From positions 313,839 to 377,838 of the forward strand of contig NMRA01000385.1 in NCBI GenBank assembly GCA_002633005.1: 64,000 bases of DNA, written 5' to 3'. Below are positions 12,301-24,300 of the stretch, piece by piece. A program made the translations under genes and the position numbers. Numbering within the stretch: position 1 is the first letter of the stretch; each line of letters opens with the position of its first letter. The notes under the pieces were generated by a model. That model ran no database searches. It was not told the DNA's origin and worked only from the letters and a program-made list of their open reading frames with translations. The stretch comes from Phoronis australis (taxonomy: Eukaryota > Animalia > Phoronida).

Positions 12301-15300
12301 GAATTTTCTTCTTTTAAGAGGATTTGATATCCAGTTTCCTCTTTTTTCTTCTCTTTTCATCATTATTTTACTTTATTCATGCAAAAACGTTAATTTAGGT
12401 TAAATTTTATTGCACAAAAAGTATTTCTATCACACAAGTCTATTTATTTGTGGAACGATACATCACCTGGATAATTTTCCTCTTTTTGTCATTGGTCATT
12501 CCAAGCCCTGATGAGTATATTCTCAGAGACTTTGTATTAATTTTTTTGCAAAGTGAGATTTTGTAATTTATCATAAGTAGATGTATGAAGTGTAAGAGCA
12601 AGTTTTTGGCAAGTCACAAGTCAATTTTCGGGAAGCAGATCCTTGGGCAAATTATGTTGCTTCAGAAAATTAATGTATTAAATCTAACAAATATCCAGTT
12701 AGGTAGTAGAAGGGAAACTAGGTCTAAAACATTAAAAGACAAGCACCATTATAGGAATGTCCAGCTCTCTACTTCCTCAACAAAACAGATTAAATTGGGG
12801 TGTTCGTGAAATAGAAGAAACTGCTCTGGCTGTTTGCAGCAAGGTATAGTTTTGAAAGTTTGCTCATATCAGCTAATTAACAGAAAGTCACAGCATCGAT
12901 TGTGAAAGTGTTGTTTCTATTAGAAATAATTACACTAACTTTGTTTATGAAAAAATTAATGATTGCGTAGCTGACAAGTGAGTTTTCGTAGGAGGTACTG
13001 CATTTCATGGACTGCAGTCAGGTGTCCGCAACCTAATTCAATTGTCCTAGCTGTACGAAACGTTTCTTTTCAGAGTATACAAGGTAGTGAAATCGATGTT
13101 CTTGTCTGGTACGCCTGGCACAACAGTTGAGCCCTTTGAAGCCACGTTTGGTTTCGACAACTCCACATTGGCAGATGATGAAATACCAGTTCTGCTTTAT
13201 AATGACCCAGGTAAGATCTTAAAGGGTTTTGTGGAAATACTTCAAAACAATGACGTTTGGGTAGTTGGGTCTTACCTATAGAAGATATACACAGAAGGTG
13301 AAATGTGAGGCTTAGTAAGTGGATTTCATATAATGCACTGGTGTTGTTTTTCTAATGCATTGTGTTGGGGCTCCCAACTTATTAACAACTTGTGACATCT
13401 CAAAAAACCAAGGTGACTGGTAGACACTGACGGAAAACAGCACGAGCTAACCATAATTGAAACCAAATGTTGGCTTCCATCAACATGCTTTTTGGTGGTA
13501 GTATGACTATAGAACTATCATGTAAGAATTAAAAAGAAATGAGATTGAAATCGTACAAATACATATATGACTAGAGAGACTTAACAAATCTTGTGCATGA
13601 AAGATTCTCGAGGCACGCGTTAATCAATCACGCTGAAGTTAAATCCCAGGTGTGCATCCTGTAGACTCCAGAAACTCAAAAATGTGCAAGATTACACGCA
13701 CCTTCATGAGATTTATTTATGCATTGCAAACAAAGCTCTAAATTCTTGCGTCCTTGGAATACAGCCCAACTTTGTGCACGTTTCCAAGTTCAGTGCTGAT
13801 GATTACGTCGACCTAACAACAACCACATAATGCATATTAAAAATTGGCATCAATGCTGTCGGTGAGTAAGACTGGCGTAGATTAATTACTCAGCAGCAAG
13901 TGATTTAAATCAAAAGTTCAGTTCTTGGACTGAATGTGGTTTTATAATCACTTTAAGGTTATGTGGAGTCCTTGAAAATTACAATTTTATCTAAATTTTG
14001 AACACTATCTCAGATATGGTTGTCCGGGCTTAAGTGAAATTTTGAATAAAGTAACAGTTACTACATTTAGTGCTCACTATATTTTTGAAATGACCTTTTC
14101 TCAAGAATGCCCTATGAAGACGAGAGTACTTCTTTCCCCAACCATCTGCCCAGTCCTCCATACTTCACACAGTTATCATAAGCCACACACAAATTCAACC
14201 TTTGAGCTAAAATGTTACTTTAAATTGTACTAGTGAAGTCAGTAATTCTAGTCTTTCACCTTGCACTTGCTCACAAAGTGTTGTTTGAAAGAAAAAAGTA
14301 TACCAGTCGTTTTCAAGCTTCCACAGAACCTTGTTAGACTCTGCCAAACTTGGACAAACTTGTTGCTAGAATTATTCCTTGTCAATTTAATTGGTTTATT
14401 GTGCTGCATTTCATGTTGATTGGTCAGACTTTACTTTGACGTTTTTGTGCCTAGCCATTATTTATGCAGAAAATTGCAAATGAATTAAATTGTCGCAATT
14501 CACTTGGATCAACAAAGATTTTATTACGATTTAGCTACATTTGAAACGTAATCTGATCAAAAACAACTGGATGTTGCAGTTTTATGTGCCAAATTTTGAT
14601 GTTGTCCAGTTTCTGTTGAAAACAACACTTAACAGTTACTATAGATTAGCCCGGTACTGCACTGATTGTTGCCAGAGTCTTGTTTGCTTACTGTTTTCAT
14701 ATCTATTCTAGGTGATGGTGGAGGCAAGGTTAAGGAGGCGTGCGAGTCTTGTCAAACATGTACTAAGGACTATCAAATGCATATTAATTGGAATCAATCT
14801 ACCATCACTGTCAAGGTATGTGATCTGTCTGTTATTTTTTGTTTTGGTGTAGTTATTCAGCAGTTACTGTACAGATCGCACTGCATCTGTTTCCGAATGC
14901 ACTTGGAACACCTCGGCATTAATTGGTTGCACGTTGGACACTTTGTGTCTATTTTGTGGCCACTTCCTGGAATACCATAACCTCGAGGATTCTGTGGTAT
15001 TTGCCCACAATGTAACATCTCTGTTCTCATGGCCTGTAATAACTGTTGTGAAAATTGAAAAACTGAGTGAGGTGTCATCAATCATTCTTCCCTTGTCTGA
15101 CTTAAAAATTATAAGCAGAACTACCGGTTGAAAATTATACCAGTCAGACCTCGGCAATAGGACCAGTGAGTTGGGCCGTGAGCTTGACTGGATTTTCCCT
15201 GTTTTTTGCAATTAAGAGAGTCAATTCAGCAAAATTGTAAGCCAAAAACAGAAAAAAATAACGAGACCAAATCAAATCAAAGACCTACCAACGTTACAAA

Positions 15301-18300
15301 TGTCGTTCTTAGCAGAATGTAATCATCTCGTCTACCCTTTAGTGAAGGGCAGATTCAACCTTTTTTACAGAGAGTGCGACGAACGGACAAAACTGTAATT
15401 TCATCAGTAAATACAGTTTCAAACTGTTAACTAAAAATATTTCAACGTGTATATTGAAATGAGTGTACAACAGAAAGCAATTAATAAAAATGTGAAATTA
15501 TGTACATTCACGTTAACGGACGCTCTTCCTAAGTTTAGTAGAACTGGTCCATTGGTAGCCACTCGTGGAACTATTTCTGAGACAATGATAGCGCGCTTGC
15601 AATGCGCTATTTCAGGTCCATGAAGTTCTCATGCCACTTTCTGTTTTTAATCACCAGACTTGAGCCAGAGTAGACTTACGTGTAGGTATGTCTTATGGGA
15701 ATTAAGTCACTGTGCGATGTAATAAAATTATGAAATATGTAAAAAGTGCAAAATAATACCTCTGTTGCCACAGGTCATGGGTCGAGGGGGTTGTGGGTCA
15801 TGGATTGAGGGGTATGGGGGTCGAGGGGGTTTTAGAACAATCCCAATTTCGCTTTATATTGCAAGCCACAAATTATGTTAACGTTTTTGGACCTAAGTGT
15901 TTTACTTATCAAAAAGCCCACATGGCTGTCATACCCCCGCCCTAACCTGGGGACAGAGAAGAACCCCTGCCCAATTTTTTAGGTCATCATGGTCATAAAA
16001 TGCTCGGGGCTGGCATACCCACGCAGTAACTCGGGGATAGGGGGAACCTCTGCCCAAACTTTTGTTTTTTTCTTACAAACATCTTTTTTATAGTTTATTA
16101 TATAATAAGGAAAAAAAATAAAAAATTCGGTCCATGTAATTGTATCTTTATCAATTGCGGAAGTTGGGAAAATAGAAAGCATTTGGCTAATAATTTTTGA
16201 AAATGGCTAAAAGTTTTCAGATGCTTTAGCCATTTTGGCTACAACCTTCAAAAGTCTAGCGCGAGCCTAGATTTCAATGGGTCGTGTCTCATTTAAATAA
16301 AAATGAAACACAACTAGGTCTTAGTGAACATTTCATTAATTTGCATATAACACTTAAATGCACTGAAAGCACAGAAGCGCTCTCAACCCTCTTTTTTAAA
16401 CCAAATTTATAATTTCGAGAAATAATTCATTGCCCCTCACTAATTTCCAAGGAGGGTAATTTCTAACCTCACCTAATTTACACATGGCCAATTTTGTGCC
16501 TTGGGCAATGTCATCAGAATTCCCTGTATCCTACTCTTGGTCTTGCACGCCCCATAAATGTGTTCAAGATGAAACTCAATTTTTGGTGTACAGAGTGAGC
16601 GACAGACGATGAGCACGTTGCCAATTTACAATCAACTCAACTTTGATGAAATCAGATTTCAAGGACTTTTGTTAACTTTTCTGTATGTCATCAGTACCTG
16701 TTGTGAAAACAATTTATACTCGCATGGTTTACCTCAGTTATCAACTTTTATTCATGTCTGAACATCTTTCAGCTATGCGACACATGGACACAGCCTGGAA
16801 GTACTTTGCCCTCTGAAGCCCGACGTAAGAGGAACGTTGCCGTTGACTTTCAGCTCAATCCTACCCAGCTGACGGTAGCAAAGGTGGCACCACAACCATT
16901 CAATGATAAACCGTATTTGACTAATGCTCAGGTACATTAACCTATTGTCAAAATGACATCCCATTTGTTAGTAAGGAAGAGGAAGAAGTCAAAGCCACGG
17001 CTCATTCCAAATTGTGCGTCATGTGAACATTCAGTCTATGAATCATCTTTAATATTCACTAAACACTGGTCCAACAAATTTACCTGATTGTTGTGAGTGG
17101 GCCAAACTGTAACTAGTATGGTGGCGAGTTATTGTGAAAGATGGCATCAACTGATTTTTGAGAGCTAGTGCTCTTAAGAAGAGAAGAGCACTGTGCTTTA
17201 TTACAGAGTGCATTGTTAGCTTGCTATTGTTTAAAATAGAATTAAAATTCTGTAGGACCTTATGAATTACTCTGTGCAGTCAACAGATGTCTACAGTAAA
17301 AAACGTGAAATTAACCTCTGCAATGAAATCATAAATCTTCTGAAAGTAGAAAGCTTAGTTTTTAATTTTTGACATGATATGCCTCTGCCATTGATTGGGA
17401 CATGCAGCCGTCTTCTTGTGAAAATTTAGTAAAAAGAAACTTTCATTCATAGCAAAACAATGTCGTCAATGATACAGACAAGCTACGTTTGACATAAATG
17501 TTCATAGTGAAAAAGCTATTTCACTTATCTTGATTATATTCTTTTCTTTGCTTTATGCTACTTTTGTTTACTTTTCATAAAAATCATTAACATGTTATTT
17601 TACGTTTAGCTCCTCATGAAAAAGTTGAACATGTTATAAACAAGAGTTACTCCTAACAGTGCTTTGAAGAACATTTTGCATCAAGCATAGTATCTGTAAC
17701 TTTTATAAGATTCCAATCAGCCAATCAGCCATTTATGAGATATGCTTTTCCAAAGTGAACTACATTTGGACATTTTATTGTCCTACATACCACTTAGCTA
17801 ACAGCTATGTTGTAGTATCCTCTCCTTTCATACACGTATGCAGTGTACTTGAGTATGTTCTGTGTGAATAGTGGGGTGTGATATTCTGTTCCCACAGAAT
17901 CCATTCAAAGTCTATGAGGACTTTGAGGCCAGCATCACGTTGGAATATAAAGACACAGAGGGGGACCGTGTCCAGGTCAACATCACCAACCAGCCACCCC
18001 ATGGTACCGCGTCTGTAATAGGCTGCTGTACAGTACGTTACAAGCCCTACAAGGACTTTGCCTCTGATGACATTATTAACGTGACCTTAATGGAGGTCAA
18101 CATGCCCAGTGGTATGTTTATCAAATGAATGCTGCCAATGGCCAATGTAGTAGAGTTCAATTTTAGCAAAATAAAGCAAGAGGCAGTCAAAATGTCACAG
18201 TATCTTTATTTTTTTTTTAAAATTTGATTAGTGGTCTACTTGGGTTGCCTGATCTTGTCTGTAATCCCTGAACGGTACGATGTTCACGTTAAGAACTATT

Positions 18301-21300
18301 TTACGGAAGCCTCCATAGCAAGTTAAACAGTAAGTGGAATGGTTAACGGATAATGCCACCCGATTTAATTAGTCTGTTTTTACCGTCTTAATCGGTCTAT
18401 ATCCCCATCGCCTCTTATACAGTCAACCTCACCTTGTCGAGAGGTGTCGCGTTAACCTGTGAGGAAGGTGAGAAACGACGCAGTGATGGCAGTGGTTCGA
18501 CTGCAGAGTGAATGCCGCTATTTTGCGGTGCATCGTTCCCGCTTGTTCAAACTATGAAGCTGCGAAGAAAGCGGGTATATCGGTTTTTCGACTTCCTCAA
18601 GAGCTTGAAATGCTAAGGAAGTGGTTCGCGAATGAAAGGTATGCTGTTAATTGCAAGTATGAGGCCGTGAAACATCTCTGTGTCTGTGGCACTGGCATTT
18701 CGTCGACAGTGATTTCTCTGACGAATTCCAGCTTACCAAAAGAACTATCCATACGTTCCGTTGCATGTTCACGGTGCCTCTCTAGTATTTCTTGATCAGT
18801 GCATTCCGGTCCGAACTGATAGCCTGTGAAACCTAACGATCCGACCCATGAAATCTGCATCGGATGAGCTCTTGACTAAGTCGGGATTAGCGCCGGGCAA
18901 GTTGTCATGTAGACGTTTATTATTCTGCGGTCTGTTTCAAAATGAATTATTCTCATCCTAACCAATGCTTATATAAAACTGAAACAAAGTCTGTCTCATT
19001 AGATACAATTTATAATGCCTTTGCAGTATTCGTGAGTGCAAATGTTGAGAAGCCAGCAATGAATAAACCACTGCGTTACTGGCTTTTGATGCTGGTAATA
19101 AAGGTAATTGACCGGGCTCCGAGGCCTTGTGAGCGCATTCTAATTCAGTGTTTGCTTACAGAAAGCTGTTGTGAAACAATTACTCGATTTTATATGCTAT
19201 GGTCACATGTTAGGGGAATCTTTATTTAGAAATACAAGTACATTATTCAAATCAGTGTTACTGTACAACCTTTGCCCTGACGGTCTGTGGAAGGGGAGCC
19301 CGACTTCGCGTTCCCCGACAAGTAAGTAAATTTTTCGGTTTCGTGGCTAATTTACATTTATGAGCACATTTCTGTGGCTCATTATAGTCTTTTCAGTACT
19401 GGAGGTTAGTTTCCAACTCAATTTGGTTTATGTTCGTGCCAGTCCCGATGGCCGCGACGGGCCTGATCGGGTTCCTAGCCACTGGCCGGGATAACGAGTC
19501 AGTCCGGCCGCGACTGGGTTGATCGGGTTCTGAGCCACTGGCCAGGATAACAAGCATTTTGTGAGTTTAGAACTCAAAAACTCACAAGTGTAAACAACTC
19601 AGATCTAGGTTCTCCTGAATATATTTCACTGAGGAATACTTCAAATTTATCTCCGAACAGACCCTACACTCCTTGGTAAATTGGCCTGCCGAACTTTGTC
19701 GGCTACAGTGTGTCCAAATACCAATCAATCCTTAACAGCGAAGTAAAACAACACGTTTTTATAAGAACTGTGTGTTTTTTTAAGTGTTTTACTTCGAAAT
19801 TTGATAATTTATTGGTGTTAAACGATGAATTCAAGCGATAAGCTGACACCAGTAACTCGTGTTGTGAACTGCTGAACAGACTACGTGTGAAACCAATGAC
19901 GTCATTGGATAATTTCAACACCTCCGTCTGCCGTCAGGTGTCAGGTAGCGCAACCGAACGTGCCGTTATTGAGTAGAACTACTCAATCTAAATTGATACA
20001 AAATAGGTTGTTTTTTGGGTGGCATTCTCCTCTAAGTTGTAAGCGACATGATCTTAAGTTGCTATTAAAATTTTTTCTTAGATTAGAAAACAATTAGAGG
20101 TGGCAATTAACTCTTGTTCCATAGAAGAAACTATTGTTAAGCAAACTTACTGCTATGAAATTGACCCGGCCTTATGCCTTGCTCAGATGGAAAGTGATTT
20201 TTGTTATTACAAATAACTGACATCATGTTATTCCTAGCAGAGACCATGCTCAGCAAATAAAATGACAATTTGTAAAGCCTTGTCTCAAGCAACTTCCAGT
20301 TCTTAGCAATTTAAGACCAGAAATCGCACCTATTTGAACTAAGGAACATTTTGTAAGCTAATTCATAATAGTAATGCTCTAAATCAAAAATTGTGACAGA
20401 AAGCAGGTTTATATAACCCGTTTAAATGATAATTTGATATGATTGCAGACATTACACCCAACATGGTCTACACAAACATATCCATCCACCTGGTCAATGA
20501 CAATGATGAACCAATCCTCTACTTTGCACCTTACGACTTTGACGATCACCTCACGTATATCACAGAAGGAGGCAAAGGCTCTAATTATGATGTGAGTTGA
20601 CATGAACATAGGACGTGCTTTCTGTGTAGGATTAGAAAATGTTTCTCAAAATGTTATGTGGTTCAGTTTTCGAAGAAAAAATGGTGAATTTCCCTTGTTT
20701 TTCAGAAAACTTGTCTTGCGTGCATGCATGCAGTGATGTTTGTAATTTGAATTGCTCTTGTGGGGTATCTTTCATGAAAAGTGATGTCTATTATTTAAGT
20801 CAGAAAATTGACTTATGCTCCATAACACTACTTCTGAAAAATAATTATATCTCACTTGTCTCTGAGAATACACACATAAGTGCTAGTAAGTGAGGTAATT
20901 TCTAATATATAAAATATCTACTAGACTGTGTTCCGTCTGTCGACTAAACCTGTTTCAATAGTTCAAAGTTGTGAAGTTTGAGCACTAAACCGAATTTAAG
21001 AGTTAAGTTTTAAGTCACTCACGAAGCAAGCCAAAGGTGAAGACAGGTGAAGGCAATTTTTAAGACTACAGTAGTTTTTTTCTTATTTTGGGCAAAACCT
21101 ATTGCCAATAATACATAAAAACGGCTGAATCCTTGTTTCAGGTCATAGTAGAGAATGATATCACAAGCGTCACATTCGGTAAAGTGCTCATTTATGATGT
21201 GGATGCCAACAATAACTTCACAATACAGATTGACGAGACTGGTCTGAATGAGACGCAATTCAAGCTGCAGACAAGAGAAGTGAAAGACTTTGAGAGTATC

Positions 21301-24300
21301 AAGAAACACATTAAGGTCCCCTTCACCATGTCTTATGTGACCACGTGGTATGCCGTTGAGATCAAAGTCAATTTCCCAGAAAATTACTATGGTAACCTGA
21401 CAATGGGAGTTATTGCCAAGGATCAAGATGAGGTCTATTCAGGAGGTTTGTATTGTGTTTAAAATTAATGCTCTTTCCATTCTAGTAAATTAGCATATAT
21501 TAACATTCAAATTACTATTATAACAAATCAGGACAGTCTTCTGTAGAACATATTTCTAACTAGAGTTAAGTGAGATCACAAACTCTTTACCATGCATTAC
21601 AGACGAAGCACGGACATTCATGTTGAACTCGCAAAAAATGTTGCATCGATGGAATGCAACCCAGGTTGTCAAAGGATATCAGTGTAAAATTTGCTAGACT
21701 TTTGCAAAAATAAACCTAACTGAGGTGTATTTCTTAATCTGTCAGTGCTGCACCATGAAATGTTTGACAAATTTTACCAAATTTGCTTTTTTAGAAACTG
21801 ATAGAAAATTGATATTATACGTAAAAAACAATTTTTAAAGACTTATGTGTAAGTGATGACTAATGAAAACACTTACATGGTTTACATTGGGGAAGACAAG
21901 TTAACTAGAACTTCATTAATACTGTGTTGAAATTTTTTGCTTGATAAAAATCAGTATTGCGGGTGTTATCACCTCGAAGTGGACCTGGCTGAGTAGGCAC
22001 AGTGAGGTACAACACGGTAGATTTGTCCTGACTATTTTATTGTGGATTTTAAGGGGTACATGAGCATAACTGAGTATGAATTCTACATTATACAGTGAGA
22101 ATATATTGAGGCTACAAGATATTAGCACAAGTCTAATCAGATACATGTGCATGTGTGTCATGTTTCCAACAGTGAATACATTGATGAGACTTAGGCTCAG
22201 TAACTGCAGAGCCCAATTTAACCATGTTTCTGATTTCTGCTTTTTGTTACAAAATTTTTTTTATTGCAGGCATTTACCTGAATGTTTATGTGCGTGGCAA
22301 CCCCTGTGTCCATGGCAACTGCTCTGGACCGCCAATGTACAAGCCTCCTTGCATCAAAGGCAACTGTAGCCTTCCTTGTAACCCTGGCAACTGTTCCATC
22401 CCCTGTAACCCAGGTAACTGTAGTATACCATGTACTCCGAAGAAATGCCCTAAGAAACCGTTATTATCTGCGGCCTGCATTCAAGGAAACTGTTCCAAAG
22501 ACTGTGATTTTGGCAACTGTACAGGATGTTCTCCAAGAACTTGCCATGTTAATTGCACCATTCTGCCAGAGTGCGCTGTTTGTTTCAATGCCAGCTTGAA
22601 TGGTACTTGTCCATCCAACTGCACCCTGCTTGGCTGCAACAACTGTACACTTGGAACGTGTGATGCTTGTCATCCCGGCAACTGCACTGACTGTATCCGT
22701 GGTAATTGTACAGAAGTGCCACAGCCCCCTAAGGAGTCATGTATCAAGGGTAACTGTTCTGCGGACTGTGACTTTGGTAACTGTACAGGTTGTATGCCAC
22801 GAACATGCCATTCTAACTGTACAATCTGGCCAGAGTGTGCGCCATGCTACGACAGTAGCTTAAACGGCAGCTGTCCTTCAAACTGTTTCGCTATTGGCTG
22901 CAACAACTGTACACTGGGTACATGTGATAGCTGTTACCCGGGCAACTGCACAGACTGTATCCGTGGCAACTGCTCAGAGGAGTTCTGCATCAAGGGTAAC
23001 TGTTCTGCCAACTGTGACTTTGGTAACTGTACTGGCTGCAGTCCAGGAACTTGCCATATGAACTGCACAGTGTTATCAGAATGTGCGCCTTGTTTCAACT
23101 CCAGCTTGAACGCCAGTTGTCCAGCCAACTGCACTGTCCTTGGCTGCCACAACTGCACTCTGGGAACCTGTGATGGCTGTTACGCTGGCAATTGCACAGA
23201 CTGTGTCCGTGGCAACTGCACCGAACCGTGCGAGGAGGTGGAATGCTACCCGTGTGACCCTGGTAATTGTCCTCCACTCTGTGACCCTGGAAACTGTAAG
23301 GATCACAACGCCACCTGTGTAAAAGACTACTGTCCTCCCGAGACTGGAGACCCTAACTGTACAACTAAGGGGCGTGCTTTTGGTTTCCATGACAATGGCT
23401 ACTCATGTGCTTGTGAACTAGGCTACACTGGTAAGATAACTTGATAATTGCACATCATTTTGATATGACTCAGTTTAGATTTATCTGAGTGACCATCTTG
23501 AACAGAATTATGAATCTGATGACATATTTTTACCATTCAATTTTATTCTTCACCAGTGATACCTGATATTTGTGTCACCACTGGATGACTCACAGCAACT
23601 GATAATTGCATGTTTTTAGTCAGTGGGACCTGGGCTGTAGGAGCTTTGAAGACAAGGTTTCATGAGAACTTTTACCTGGCAATTTTATTTTAATATATTT
23701 TCACCTCATTCATGGTGTACTTTTCAAATGTAAAAGTTTCCATGTTTAAAGGTGCACTTTCATTTCGTGTAGTTTGTCAATGATTATGGTAAAAAATGAC
23801 AAAATGCTGAAAGTTTGCAGTGTTGTGAGATATGTTTATTCAGAATAAAACCTATCCAGTACCCTAGGGTACTGATAAGAAAGAAAATACTAGAAAATAT
23901 AATTAACAAGATGGTTTAAGAATTAATATGTACAATTAAATTGTTACCAATAAATTTGATACCTACGTGTATGAGTATACAATTAAAGATATTGAAATCA
24001 TTACATGTTTTGTGTACGATCCATTATTACGGTATATTGATGAAAATAGTGTAACAGGCATTTTATCAGACACATTGTTTGTCACCTTAAATAAAGCCTA
24101 GGTCAACAGCAGTAAAAAGAAACTTTTTAAAAATCACTCTGCCACATAATGAATATAAAATTGCTTTAAATTATGACTACCCTACCGTTTATATGTTTAT
24201 ACAATAAAATAATAAATTAAGAATTTCAACTGTTGAGTGTAAATAACTGGAGATAATTTAATAAAAATATGATAAAGTAGGAATCGTGAGTCAAAAAGAA

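Noticed and set aside
12505-12535. Second hammerhead candidate (CTGATGAG...CTC)
   Set aside because: Lacks the GAAA core and a recognisable helix III or cleavage triplet.
14857-15081. Minus-strand ORF with CPTC...CSKC zinc-finger-like pattern
   Set aside because: Short, intronic and antisense, with no convincing splice partners or family motif; likely chance.
22282-23390. Overlapping alternative-frame and antisense ORFs over the Cys-rich exon
   Set aside because: Explained as shadows of the repetitive coding sequence.
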